64,000 nucleotides of DNA, taken from a virus. Under the pieces are notes generated by a model, which was given only the letters and a program-made list of their open reading frames with translations, was not told the origin of the DNA and ran no database searches. The stretch covers positions 41,164 through 105,163 of the IMG/VR virus record IMGVR_UViG_3300012928_000001. One strand, written 5' to 3'. Position numbers and translations under genes: made by a program. Positions 8,616 through 18,433 of the stretch are shown here, one piece after another (position 1 is the stretch's first letter; each line of letters starts with the position of its first letter).

Positions 8616-9669
8616 CCTGCACGTCGACTGGCACGAGGCTGCCAAGGCGGCCGATGATCTGTTGCGGATGCTCCGAATCGACGTCTCGAAGGCGCTCGAT
8701 CCGATGGACCCGGACGACTTTATCAAGATCACCGCTCAGCTCTCGCGGGATCTCGAAGCAAAGCGCCGCGAGCTTGTCGCTGCCGATGTCGACGAAGCGC
8801 TCGCCGGCCTCGACGTCGATTGGGTCGGCCTCGATCCAGCGAGCCGGGACGCGCTCGTGCAGGCGACGAATCTTGCGATCACACAAGCCGAGCTCCGCAC
8901 GCTGCCGACCATCAACGCCACGATCACGACCAAGGCCGAGGCCACGATCAAGGGCGCCAAACAATCGGTATCCTCGACTTTCGATCTCAACATCGGAATC
9001 AGCACAGACTTGATCGACGAGACGGTGGTCAACTCGGTCGCTCGCCAAGATGTCTACTTTCGAACCGAGATCGGCAACCGCTCGCAGGCGTTCACACAGA
9101 AAGGTCAAAAGATCATTCGTGATGGTCTCGACCAAGGATTGCGCTCCGCCGACATCACCGCGGACCTTGTGAAGGCCGGACGGGCTGTCCACTTCGAGCG
9201 GTCCGCTCACTACATGCGCGTTGTGGCGACCCAGGCGATGAACTCCAGTCGCGTGTTTGGAGCGCTGCGCAGCTTCGACGCGGCGGGCTTCGAAACCTAC
9301 GCCTTCGACGCGGTGCTCGACGAGCGCACCACCGAGATTTGCCGAATGCTCGACGGCTCCGTGTTCCGTGTGGGCGCCGCTCTACAGCGCTTTGCAGACA
9401 TCGCGGCCAACCCCGACCCGGAAGCGGTGCGCGACCTGAAACCGTGGGTGCGCGAGCGCATCGACCCCGTGACCGGCAAGCGCGAGCTCTTCGTGCAGGA
9501 CCGGCAGGGCCACCGCACCAGGCTCGCCGTGGTCGAGTCCCCGGGCTTTGGGGTGGCCGATCGCGTCGGTGTGTACTCCGACAAATTGGCGATCCCGACC
9601 ATGGAGCAGCTCGGGATTAGCTATCCCCCCTTGCATGGATTGTGTCGGTCCACCATCATCCCAGAGTGA
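8608..9669 (+). CDS. Head morphogenesis protein (SPP1 gp7 / Mu gpF-like)
   Basis: AVLDERTTEICRMLDG and PPLHGLCRSTIIP motifs; follows portal. Confidence 0.9.
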   Translation: MCDLHVDWHEAAKAADDLLRMLRIDVSKALDPMDPDDFIKITAQLSRDLEAKRRELVAADVDEALAGLDVDWVGLDPASRDALVQATNLAITQAELRTLPTINATITTKAEATIKGAKQSVSSTFDLNIGISTDLIDETVVNSVARQDVYFRTEIGNRSQAFTQKGQKIIRDGLDQGLRSADITADLVKAGRAVHFERSAHYMRVVATQAMNSSRVFGALRSFDAAGFETYAFDAVLDERTTEICRMLDGSVFRVGAALQRFADIAANPDPEAVRDLKPWVRERIDPVTGKRELFVQDRQGHRTRLAVVESPGFGVADRVGVYSDKLAIPTMEQLGISYPPLHGLCRSTIIPE

Positions 9670-9671
9670 CC

Positions 9672-10004
9672 ATGCAGCTGGCGGACCTACACGACCAAGC
9701 CAACTTGGACCGCGTCGCCTCGGCCATCGCGCGCGCCGTGTCGATGTCCTATCTCGACGAGGACATCGGCGGCACGCAAACCGCCGACGAGACCAAGCGG
9801 CGCACCCAGCTGTGCACCGAGTATTTCAAGATCATGCGACACGACATGAACTGGTCGATCGCCAAGATCTGTGACCTCATGCCGCGTGTCCTCTTCGCCG
9901 CGATGATGGGCGAGGCTGACAAGTACATCGAATCCATGAACAAGCGCGCCTGGGCGCGGCCCGTTGAGTACCGCACCCCCGCGGGCCTGATCATCCCCAA
10001 CTGA
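9672..10004 (+). CDS. Hypothetical protein
   Basis: ORF with typical codon usage within head operon. Confidence 0.6.
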   Translation: MQLADLHDQANLDRVASAIARAVSMSYLDEDIGGTQTADETKRRTQLCTEYFKIMRHDMNWSIAKICDLMPRVLFAAMMGEADKYIESMNKRAWARPVEYRTPAGLIIPN

Positions 10005-10012
10005 GAGCCATC

Positions 10013-10687
10013 ATGAAGAGCCAACTGACCGCCCTCCAGACCTCGCTTGCCGAAGTGCTCGGCGAGACGCCCGACACCGGCTTCGCCTGCGAGGTCATGA
10101 CTCCCGAGCAGCTGCTCACCTACGCCCACAGCGAAGTCGATCTCAGCAAGGCCGAGACCGACGACGAGGCGCGCCCGCGCCTGAGCCACCTGCTCAAGAA
10201 CGTCACGACGATGCTGAGCAAGAACGCCTTCGACGGCATGGGCACCGCCGTCCCCGTCTACCGCGGCGAGAACTCGCGCACGTCCATGACGGCCGCGTCC
10301 GAGATGAAGGCCGCCGACATGGGCAAGGGCATGGGCATGCGCGTCAGCTTCGAGTCCGCGAACACCGAGGCCAACCCGGGCAGCAACGCCTTCGGCCGCG
10401 GCGGCCCGCAGCACGGGAACATCGGCTACAGCTTCCGCGGCATGATCGGCAAGTCGGCCGACGGCGGCGGCGAGGAGCCGACCGAGGAGAACCGCTCCGA
10501 GACCGTCGAGGCCATCGCCAAGGCCGCCAAGAGCGACGCCAAGTTCCGCGAGATGCTGCTGGCGCAGCTCGCCGGTGAGGCCGACGACCCCGACGGCTCG
10601 CCCGCGACCAAGAGCAACCTCGGCGACGGGTGGCCCCGGGACATGGCCGCCGACGAGATCGACAACGATCCCGACCTCCAGTTCTGA
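10013..10687 (+). CDS. Hypothetical head-associated protein sharing its C-terminal motif with the scaffold
   Basis: Very high GC3; ends GWPRDMAADEIDNDPDLQF. Confidence 0.7.
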   Translation: MKSQLTALQTSLAEVLGETPDTGFACEVMTPEQLLTYAHSEVDLSKAETDDEARPRLSHLLKNVTTMLSKNAFDGMGTAVPVYRGENSRTSMTAASEMKAADMGKGMGMRVSFESANTEANPGSNAFGRGGPQHGNIGYSFRGMIGKSADGGGEEPTEENRSETVEAIAKAAKSDAKFREMLLAQLAGEADDPDGSPATKSNLGDGWPRDMAADEIDNDPDLQF

Positions 10688-10695
10688 GGGCCAGC

Positions 10696-11586
10696 ATGCG
10701 CGCCCGAGTCCGCAAAGACAGGGGCGGCGAGCAGCTGCCCCCTTGGCCCGCGTTGGTGGCCGCCACGCTCCCGCGCGGGGTCGCCGTCGTCTCGCCCTAC
10801 GATGAGCCCGACGTTCCCGCGGCGCTGATCAAGGCGATGGCGAGCGACGCGGTGATCGTCCTCGACACGCCGAACGGCGAGCTCACCCCGGTGCTCGGCC
10901 TGCTCCCGACCCGCAAGGCCGGGAGCTTGGTCGGGTGCGCCGACTCGGCGGTCAACCGCCGGGCCCTGCTCGGCGCGGGCTTCAACGTCTTCAAGGTCCA
11001 CGGCGCCGCGTCGCGGTTGTTCGGGGCGACCTACGATCTCGCTGCCGCGCCGTGGGTCGACGTGATCAAGGCCGACCCCGTCTCGAAGCCCTTCGCCGGC
11101 TTCGAGGACTTCGGTGCGTGCGTCTCGGCTCAGCTCGCCGCGGGCAAGAGCCAAGAGAGCGCGGAGAGGATCTGCGGCTCCCTGCAAGCCGAGACCAAAA
11201 AGGCTTTTGATGATCGTCCCGTTCGCTTGATCAAGACGGCAGACGAGGGCGAAGAGCGGTTGGTGTACGGAATCGTGTTGGAGCCCAATGGGGTCGACGC
11301 ACAAGACGACACCATCTCCCCCGAGGAGATTCGACAGGCCGCGCACAAGTTCATGCAGTCCTACGGCAACGTGGGGCTACAGCATCAGACATTCATCAAC
11401 GGGCAGGCCCGGATCCTCGAAAGCTACATCGCTCCCGCCGACATGGTGATCGGTGGCTACGCGGTCCGCAAAGGGACTTGGCTGATGGCGATGCGCGTCA
11501 TCAGTGACGACATTTGGAAGGCCGTGAAGAGCGGTCTAATCACCGGGTTCTCGATTGGTGGGAGCGCCGTGCGAAAGCCGGCTTGA
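10696..11586 (+). CDS. XkdF-like prohead serine protease with N-terminal extension
   Basis: RLVYGIVLEP..VDAQDD.ISPEEIRQAAHKF, LESYIAP, KGTWL, ITGFSIGG. Confidence 0.85.
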   Translation: MRARVRKDRGGEQLPPWPALVAATLPRGVAVVSPYDEPDVPAALIKAMASDAVIVLDTPNGELTPVLGLLPTRKAGSLVGCADSAVNRRALLGAGFNVFKVHGAASRLFGATYDLAAAPWVDVIKADPVSKPFAGFEDFGACVSAQLAAGKSQESAERICGSLQAETKKAFDDRPVRLIKTADEGEERLVYGIVLEPNGVDAQDDTISPEEIRQAAHKFMQSYGNVGLQHQTFINGQARILESYIAPADMVIGGYAVRKGTWLMAMRVISDDIWKAVKSGLITGFSIGGSAVRKPA

Positions 11587-11627
11587 CAACCCACCAATCG
11601 CCAGACCAGAATCAGAGCACTCTCCCG

Positions 11628-12797
11628 ATGCCCGAGATGCAAACCGGCACCGTCTACCGCCTCCATGACCTCCTCGTGAAAGAGGTGTCCATGGTGGACG
11701 TCCCGGCCAACGAACGCCCCTTCTTGATCGTCAAGAGCGACGACATGACCAACCCCACCGCCACCACGAAGACCGACGAGAACGTCGACGCGGCCATGGG
11801 CGCGAAGGCAGCCACCGAGACGGCGCTGCTCACCGCGATCCACCCCGAGATCCAGCTCGCTTTTGGCGAGACGCTGGAGAAGGCCGGGCAACGAATCCTC
11901 GCGCTCGCGGGCGCGGTGAAGTCGGCCAAGGCCGCGGACACCGAGAAGCCGCAGATCCCCGCGAAGCTCATGGAGGAAGTCGTGAACATCACGGCCGCGC
12001 TCGGTGGGCTCGTGGGCGTCGACAAGGCCCCCGCGCCCCCGCAGCCCCCGGGTAAGAAGCCGCCCGGCGCCGGCCAGGGCCAGGCTCGCCCCGAGGGCGA
12101 GAGCACCGACGACGAGCTGCCCGAAGGCGGGAGCAACGTCGCCGGGGGCAAGGGCAAGGGCAAGCCGCAGTACAAGGCCGAGGAGCTCGACGCCCTCGTC
12201 AAGAGCATCGCCACCATGGAGAAGCTCGGCGACATCGACATGTCCGCGATGGGCATGCTCTACATGACCGCGGGCAAGGAAGCTCTCCGCACGGCGATGG
12301 ACGCTTGCTACGATGGCGACTACGCCAAGGCCGGCAACTACGCGGGCATGGCCTACAAGCTGCTCGGCAAGTACACCGGCGGCATGTCGATGGACATGAC
12401 GATGGCGGCCAAGATCGACGCGCTGCACAAGCAGCTCGGCGAGATGGTCGAGAACGGCGTCAGCAAGGCCGGGCGCAAGATGAGCTCGGCCCGCTTCGCC
12501 GAGTTCGACAAGTCGATCCGCGCCCTCCTGGAGCTCGCCGAGCAGGTCTCGCCCGGCTACCTGGAGTCGCTCGGCACCGTCGCCAAGGCGGCCCAACCCA
12601 AGCTCATGCGCGGGCTCGTCGAGCTCGTGCGCAAGCAAAAGGCCGAGCTCGCGGCGGCCACGGCCGCGCGCACCGAGAGCAACGCCAACCCCGTCGGCGA
12701 AGGTTCCGCCGCGCCCGAGGACAAGGACCCGGGCTGGCAAGTGGACATGGCCGCCGACTACAACGGGGAGGACTTCCCCGCTGACCTCAAGTTCTGA
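11628..12797 (+). CDS. Capsid scaffold protein (N-terminal EVSMVDVPAN protease-like segment)
   Basis: Helical, Ala/Lys-rich; lies between protease and MCP. Confidence 0.7.
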   Translation: MPEMQTGTVYRLHDLLVKEVSMVDVPANERPFLIVKSDDMTNPTATTKTDENVDAAMGAKAATETALLTAIHPEIQLAFGETLEKAGQRILALAGAVKSAKAADTEKPQIPAKLMEEVVNITAALGGLVGVDKAPAPPQPPGKKPPGAGQGQARPEGESTDDELPEGGSNVAGGKGKGKPQYKAEELDALVKSIATMEKLGDIDMSAMGMLYMTAGKEALRTAMDACYDGDYAKAGNYAGMAYKLLGKYTGGMSMDMTMAAKIDALHKQLGEMVENGVSKAGRKMSSARFAEFDKSIRALLELAEQVSPGYLESLGTVAKAAQPKLMRGLVELVRKQKAELAAATAARTESNANPVGEGSAAPEDKDPGWQVDMAADYNGEDFPADLKF

Positions 12798-12821
12798 TCC
12801 AGATCGAGACGAGACAAAACC

Positions 12822-13781
12822 ATGCGAGTGACCACCAACCGTGAAATTCTGACCAAGGCCAACCTGGAGCTCGCCGACCTCCAGAGCGACGGCGGCCTCC
12901 TCGTGCCTGAGCAGGCTCGACGGTTCATGCGGATTCTGATCTTGCGCTCTGTCGTGATCGGGATGAGCACGGTCGAGCCGATGAAGTCGCCCCGCAAGGA
13001 GATCGACAAGATCAACTTCGGGTCCCGCGTGCTCCGGGCCGCGAGCCCCGGCGTCGCCCTCGGCCACAACGACCGCAGCAAGCCCGACCTGTCCAAGGTC
13101 GAGCTCGACTCGAAGCTGTTCAAGGCCGAAGTGCGCCTGAACAACGAGGTCCTCGAAGACTCGATCGAGCAAGGCAACCTCCGCAACACGGTCATGCAAG
13201 AGTTGACCAAGGCCGTCGCGCGCGACATGGAGGACATGGTCATCAACGGCGACACCGACAGCTCGGTGCCCTTCTACGCCCAGTTCGACGGCATCCTCAA
13301 GCAGGCCACGAGCAACGTCGTCAACGCCAACGGGGCCAAGCTGTCCAAGTCGATCCTGCGCGACCTGAAGAAGGTCATGCCCAACCAGTTCCTGGTCTCG
13401 CCCAGCTCGATGCGCTACTACACGAGCGTCGACGCCGAGATCGACTTCCGCGACTCGATCGCGGACCGGGCCACCGACCTCGGCGACGTCGGCTTCGGCG
13501 GCAAGGTCGGCTCCGCGCCGACGGTCGCCTACACGGGCATCCCCGTGATGCCCGTGCCGATCTTCCCGGAGAACCTCGGCGCCAACACCAACCAGACCAA
13601 CGTGCTGTTCCTCGACCCGAAGAACGTGCACATCGGCATCCACCGCGAGATCCGCATGGAGACCGACAAGGACATCTCCGCGGGTCAGGTGATCATCGTG
13701 GTCACCCTCCGCTTCGACACCCGCTACGCGCACGAGCCCGCGGTCGCCAAGGCCACCAACGTCCTGACCGGCGTCGGCTGA
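12822..13781 (+). CDS. Major capsid protein (HK97 fold, XkdG-like)
   Basis: GGLLVPEQARRF, EVLEDSIE, DMEDMVINGD, FDGILKQA; position. Confidence 0.92.
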   Translation: MRVTTNREILTKANLELADLQSDGGLLVPEQARRFMRILILRSVVIGMSTVEPMKSPRKEIDKINFGSRVLRAASPGVALGHNDRSKPDLSKVELDSKLFKAEVRLNNEVLEDSIEQGNLRNTVMQELTKAVARDMEDMVINGDTDSSVPFYAQFDGILKQATSNVVNANGAKLSKSILRDLKKVMPNQFLVSPSSMRYYTSVDAEIDFRDSIADRATDLGDVGFGGKVGSAPTVAYTGIPVMPVPIFPENLGANTNQTNVLFLDPKNVHIGIHREIRMETDKDISAGQVIIVVTLRFDTRYAHEPAVAKATNVLTGVG

Positions 13782-13838
13782 TCCTCGCCTCGCTACGCCA
13801 ACCCCTACCCGGTTCAACACCAACAGGAAGGACAGATC

Positions 13839-14165
13839 ATGCCCCTTGGAACTGCCACCCTCGGCTCTCGCTCCGGCGAGTCGGCGAGCCAGCCGACCTT
13901 CACCGAGATCCTCACCTTCGCGGGCGACGACGCCTACCCGGCCGGCGGCACCACCGGCTTCGCGGCCTACGTCGCGGCGGCGCGCTCGATCGAGAACTTC
14001 GAGGTACTCTCGGTCGTCACCCTCAACGCCCCCGCCAACCCCAACTACATGGAGTACGACAAGGCCAACGAAAAGCTGGTCGTGTACGTCCGCGCGACGG
14101 GGCTCCAGCGGGCCGCGGGCGACGACTCGGCCAACTCCTACACCGTCGCGGTCACGGGGCGCTGA
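13839..14165 (+). CDS. Probable head decoration protein
   Basis: Follows MCP, strong SD (AGGA), DDAYPAGG motif. Confidence 0.55.
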   Translation: MPLGTATLGSRSGESASQPTFTEILTFAGDDAYPAGGTTGFAAYVAAARSIENFEVLSVVTLNAPANPNYMEYDKANEKLVVYVRATGLQRAAGDDSANSYTVAVTGR

Positions 14166-14169
14166 GACC

Positions 14170-14409
14170 ATGGCCACCATCACCTCGAACATGTTCTCGG
14201 GTGGGGCCAACATCACCCCGAACGACTCCGCCGGTGTGCCGTCGCTCGCCACGGTCCTGCAAGACGTGGCCGACGACCTGACCGCGATCCGCACCGCGCT
14301 CACCGGTGCCGCGGCCAAGCTCGACGCGGACACGGGAGTCACCGACACCGACTACGCGGCGAACCTCAACACCGCGCTTGGCACCCAGAAGACGATCAAC
14401 GGCGGCTAG
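14170..14409 (+). CDS. Small virion protein (head fibre-like)
   Basis: ATG 14170; AKLDADTGVTDTDYA motif; precedes terminator. Confidence 0.55.
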   Translation: MATITSNMFSGGANITPNDSAGVPSLATVLQDVADDLTAIRTALTGAAAKLDADTGVTDTDYAANLNTALGTQKTINGG

Positions 14410-14422
14410 CCGCTGACAACGA

Positions 14423-14452
14423 CCGACCGTGCATTCGCACGGTCGGATTTTT
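14423..14452 (+). terminator. Rho-independent terminator
   Basis: CCGACCGTGC-ATTC-GCACGGTCGG-ATTTTT. Confidence 0.8.
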
Positions 14453-14488
14453 GTGGACCCTGACAAAACCCAAACCAGGAGATCATCG

Positions 14489-15025
14489 ATGCCCTACTAC
14501 GTTCGCCTCAAGCCCTACGACAAGTCGAAGGGATTCACCTGTCGCCGCTACATCACGCACGGCGTCCTCTTCGAGGGCGGCAAGTGGATGAAGCTCGCCA
14601 AGGATGCCGCGAGGGAACTCGCCAAGCACACGCAGCCGGGCTCGCGCCCGCACGTGCCGATCCCTCTCTTCGACATCGCGCCGAACCGCAAGGCCGCGCT
14701 CGCCATGGACCGCAAGGCGATCCCGCAGACCGAGGTGGACGGCGCCGTCGCGGTGACCGAGATGCGAGCCCTCCCCGTCGACAACCTCGCCGCCGACGAC
14801 GGCGAGCTCGACTTCGACCGGGCGCTCGCCGTCGAGAAAGCCCGCATGGCCCTCGAACAGGCCGAGGCCGTGGCCGCCGAGGGGGCCCAGGCCGACGCCC
14901 AGGCCCTCGCGCAGCTGGAGACCCAGGACCTGCCGACCGTCGCCGCCGCGGCCGAGACCGCGGCGCCCGAGGACGAGTCCAAGGCCGACGCGGACGCGCG
15001 CGCCCGCATGCGCCCGCGCAAGTAG
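14489..15025 (+). CDS. Hypothetical protein
   Basis: AGGAG SD before ATG 14489; high GC3. Confidence 0.7.
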   Translation: MPYYVRLKPYDKSKGFTCRRYITHGVLFEGGKWMKLAKDAARELAKHTQPGSRPHVPIPLFDIAPNRKAALAMDRKAIPQTEVDGAVAVTEMRALPVDNLAADDGELDFDRALAVEKARMALEQAEAVAAEGAQADAQALAQLETQDLPTVAAAAETAAPEDESKADADARARMRPRK

Positions 15026-15095
15026 TTGCGGCACACCGTCGCGCCGGGCACCATGGGATCGGCGCTCATGGACTCGGCGCCTCGCCAGCGTCACC

Positions 15096-15134
15096 GCTGC
15101 CCCCTTCGCACTCGCGTTGGGGGCAGCACTTTTT
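15096..15134 (+). terminator. Probable Rho-independent terminator
   Basis: GCTGCCCCC...GGGGGCAGC-ACTTTTT. Confidence 0.6.
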
Positions 15135-15175
15135 GCCCGAGGGACGCGCGCCCTCGCGTGGGGTAGACTGAGCCC

Positions 15176-16312
15176 GTGGCCGCGTTGAAGCCTGGACAGA
15201 GCAGCTCGAAGACCGACCCCGCGCCCGCGGGCCTGTTCGGCTATCAGGAGCGCGACGTCGACGAGGGAGGCTTTTTCCGAGACCTCGCAGAGCTGGAGTA
15301 CCGGCTGGTCGACAGCAACGGAGCAGAGGCGCAGGCGTGGACCGTGGTCATCGTCGACCGCGACGCGGCGAACACCGACGCGGTGCTCGACGTCAAGCAA
15401 GGCCTGTACGCGCCGACCATCACGATCCCCGACCCGGCCGCGGTGGGGGAGTGGCGGATCGAGTGGCGCTTTCGCGTCGAGACCGGCGACCCGCAAAAGA
15501 CGAGCTTCACCCCGCTGTATGTCGTGGCCGCGGACCACCCGATCGCGGACGGCTACGTGCAGGTGCAAGAGATGCTCGACGAGGGCGTGCCCGTGGCCAT
15601 GTTCACGTTCACCCGGATCGCTCGCGCGATCAAGACGGCGAGCGAGCTCTTCGAGACTTGGACCGGCCGCCACTTCGAGCCCCGCTTGATCACCGTGGAC
15701 GTCGATGGCGAGGGCAGCCCGATCAAGCAAATGGGAATGCCCATCATCGGGCTCGCCAATGTTGAGTTCACGTTCACCACGTTCTCGCCCGCCGACCTGC
15801 CGATCGAAGAGGGCGATTTGCGGGTGTACAATCGGCACATCCGAAACGCGATGACCCAGCCCGACGACCGCGATGATCCGCGGATCGAGTTCCTGCGCAT
15901 CGAGAACTTTCGCTACCCCCGTGAAACCCTGCTCGGCGACACCGACTTGCTGAGCTCGACTATCGGCTTTCCCCTAAGCCAGCAGAACATCAAGATCTCG
16001 GGCATGTTCGGATTCACCGACCCCGACGGCTCCGCGTTCGGGCGCACGCCCTCGCTCGTGAAAGAGGCCGTGATGCGAATCGCCATGGGCAAGCTACAGC
16101 CCCTGTGGGTGACCACCGGCGGCGGGGCAAACATCGGAGTCACCGGCCCGGTTGCGAGCGAGCGCACCATTGATCAACACGTCACCTATGGTGACCTCGC
16201 GGACAAGGGAACGACGGGTGCATTCACCGGCTATTTCACGGGTGATCCTGCCATCGATCAGATCATCTCCACTTTCCGCCGCCCCCCGCGGCTGCGCTCG
16301 ACGAGTCCCTGA
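15176..16312 (+). CDS. Head-tail adaptor/neck protein
   Basis: IARAIKTASELFETWTGRHF and NIKISGMFGF...P.LVKEA adaptor-like motifs; position. Confidence 0.65.
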   Translation: MAALKPGQSSSKTDPAPAGLFGYQERDVDEGGFFRDLAELEYRLVDSNGAEAQAWTVVIVDRDAANTDAVLDVKQGLYAPTITIPDPAAVGEWRIEWRFRVETGDPQKTSFTPLYVVAADHPIADGYVQVQEMLDEGVPVAMFTFTRIARAIKTASELFETWTGRHFEPRLITVDVDGEGSPIKQMGMPIIGLANVEFTFTTFSPADLPIEEGDLRVYNRHIRNAMTQPDDRDDPRIEFLRIENFRYPRETLLGDTDLLSSTIGFPLSQQNIKISGMFGFTDPDGSAFGRTPSLVKEAVMRIAMGKLQPLWVTTGGGANIGVTGPVASERTIDQHVTYGDLADKGTTGAFTGYFTGDPAIDQIISTFRRPPRLRSTSP

Positions 16313-16830
16313 TGCCCAACTATCGCGGACGCCTGATCTGGCCTTTCGTGGCCGACATCGCACGCCTCGACACGGCCGGCACCGTCGCGGAGCCTGGGGC
16401 GGGCAACGTCGTGACCGGCTATGACCCCGACTTCCGCGAGCCGGTGGTGTACGCGGCCGGAGACAGCCCACGCGCCGAGATCGAGGTGCTCGGCTTGCCC
16501 TGCCAAGTGCACCCAGACAAGGGCGATTTCAACAACCTGCAAATGATGCTGTCCGGCGCCGTCAAAGCGTACAGCCTGCATTTGTGCTTTCACTACATCG
16601 ACCTCGAAGCCCGCAATCTCGTCGACACGGACGGATCAGCGCTGATCAAGAACAACGATCGCCTGATTCGGATTCGGCACTTGATTACCGGTCAAATCGT
16701 GTCTGACTTCACCAACCGCCCGGTCTACGTGACCCAGCCGCAGGATCGCGGAATGGGCATGTCGGCGCTCAGTCGGAACCTGCTCATGGTGCGATTCGAA
16801 GAGCGCGAGACCAGCATTTTGTCTGTCTAA
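16312..16830 (+). CDS. Head closure/neck protein
   Basis: Position; TGYDPDFREP motif; coupled start. Confidence 0.55.
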   Translation: MPNYRGRLIWPFVADIARLDTAGTVAEPGAGNVVTGYDPDFREPVVYAAGDSPRAEIEVLGLPCQVHPDKGDFNNLQMMLSGAVKAYSLHLCFHYIDLEARNLVDTDGSALIKNNDRLIRIRHLITGQIVSDFTNRPVYVTQPQDRGMGMSALSRNLLMVRFEERETSILSV

Positions 16831-17441
16831 TGGTCGCCACCGTCAAACGCACTGGGGATTGGAAGCTGCTCAAGCGCACGCTGAGCGGGCTACCCACGCG
16901 CGTGAAGGCGGCACAGAAAATCGCCACCTTCGAGGAAGCGCATCACTATCGCCGGATGGTGCTCAAGGCGTTCAAAACCTCGGGCCGATCCAACGGCAAA
17001 GCGTGGGAGCCAAACAAGCGATCTGTGCTCGCAAACAAGGGGTCAAGCAAGCCACTGATCGACCGCGGCGACCTGCGAAACTCGATCGTGGTCGTGAAGC
17101 GCGGTAAAGGCTTTTGGGTGGGCGTGTCGAGCCGCAAGCGCAGCCGCGACGGCTCCCGGCTTGTCGACATCGCAGCGGTGCACGAGTTCGGCCGAGTCAT
17201 CGCTATGCAGGTCACCCCGAAAATGCACGCTTACGTGATGGCGCAGCTCGCCAAAAACGGGGGAGGTGGTGGCGGTGGCTCGGGCAAATTCAAGCCCGGT
17301 GCGATCATCGTGATCAAGATCCCTGAGCGGTCATTCCTCCGCGCTACCGCGAAAGCCCACTTCAAACCGGCGCAAGTTCAGGTTCGGATGGTCAAGCGTA
17401 TGTCTCGGCTACTCGGGGGCGCATTCAGGGGGCCCCGCTAA
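16830..17441 (+). CDS. Virion morphogenesis / tail completion protein (Mu gpG-like)
   Basis: Basic; KPLIDRGDLRNSI, AAVHEFG, IPERSFL motifs. Confidence 0.8.
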   Translation: MVATVKRTGDWKLLKRTLSGLPTRVKAAQKIATFEEAHHYRRMVLKAFKTSGRSNGKAWEPNKRSVLANKGSSKPLIDRGDLRNSIVVVKRGKGFWVGVSSRKRSRDGSRLVDIAAVHEFGRVIAMQVTPKMHAYVMAQLAKNGGGGGGGSGKFKPGAIIVIKIPERSFLRATAKAHFKPAQVQVRMVKRMSRLLGGAFRGPR

Positions 17442-18418
17442 TGGCTGTCCCGACTATCGACACCATCGCGCCCACCGAGGGCGCGCCCACGGGCGGGCAG
17501 GTGATCGAGATCAACGGCACCAACTTTCAGATGCCGCCCGCGCCTCCGGCTGAGGGCGTTGTTCCGATCCCCGCCCCGACGGTCCGGGTCACCTTCGCTG
17601 GAGTCGCGGCACCCGTCGTGGCTGTCGTGAGCGAGACGCGGTTGTTTGTCCGCGTGCCTCGAATCTCCATGCCCGTGGTCAGCGGTCTGACTCAGGGCAG
17701 CTTGGCCGCTGACGTCGTGGTCGAGAACATCGACACCGACGGCGTGCTGATTCCCGGCGAGACCGTGACGCTCGCGGGCGGGTACACCTACCAACGGCCG
17801 CGCCTCGGGACCGCGGCCGAGTCGTCGCTTGCGTCGGTGGTCCGGCAGCTGTTGCGCCGCCTCAAGTCGGAGGTGATCGGCGAGGTCATCCTCTCGATGC
17901 ACACCGATTACGACCGCGACACTGGCACGATTGCAACCGACGTTGCGGTCGTTCCCGCGATGGTCCTCGTCGGCCCAACGCTGACCAAAAACACGATCTT
18001 CACTGAGAACGCGCCGACCACTAACATTTTCGGGAATGACGAATTCGGGGAGCGTCGACGCGCGATTTATTTCGACGTTGGATTCGACGTCATCTTGATC
18101 ACGCAAAGCGATGTCCAGCTTTTGAACTTGATGGAGCTGACGACTACGGTCATTGATCGAAGCTCTGCGTTTCAGTTCTCCAGCCCGGCATTGCCAGCAG
18201 GATTCCAGCTCAACTTGGAGTGGACCGACGGGCTCGCGGTCTCAAAGCAGACGAATCAGCTGAATTCCAATGTGCGCGTGGCCGAGGGAACGTTTACAAT
18301 CATCGGGCTCCCGTTCAACACCCTGATTGGCAGCACCCGCGACGCGATTCAGGAAGTCGGCGCCGCGCTTGCTGGCTCGCCCAGCTTGCAAACCCCCCAG
18401 AACTTCGGCGACACTTAG
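17441..18418 (+). CDS. Tail terminator-like protein with N-terminal IPT/TIG (Ig-like) domain
   Basis: PTIDTIAPTEGAPTGGQVIEINGTNF...VTF...VVSETRL IPT signature; precedes sheath. Confidence 0.65.
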   Translation: MAVPTIDTIAPTEGAPTGGQVIEINGTNFQMPPAPPAEGVVPIPAPTVRVTFAGVAAPVVAVVSETRLFVRVPRISMPVVSGLTQGSLAADVVVENIDTDGVLIPGETVTLAGGYTYQRPRLGTAAESSLASVVRQLLRRLKSEVIGEVILSMHTDYDRDTGTIATDVAVVPAMVLVGPTLTKNTIFTENAPTTNIFGNDEFGERRRAIYFDVGFDVILITQSDVQLLNLMELTTTVIDRSSAFQFSSPALPAGFQLNLEWTDGLAVSKQTNQLNSNVRVAEGTFTIIGLPFNTLIGSTRDAIQEVGAALAGSPSLQTPQNFGDT

Positions 18419-18433
18419 GTCGCCGGTCGAGTC

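Noticed and set aside
11457-14348. 963-aa minus-strand ORF and similar long antisense or off-frame ORFs (e.g. 18220-20709, 53840-55621, 34474-35853)
   Set aside because: Shadow ORFs of high-GC3 genes; they overlap well-supported genes and have Arg/Gly/Val-biased composition with no motifs.
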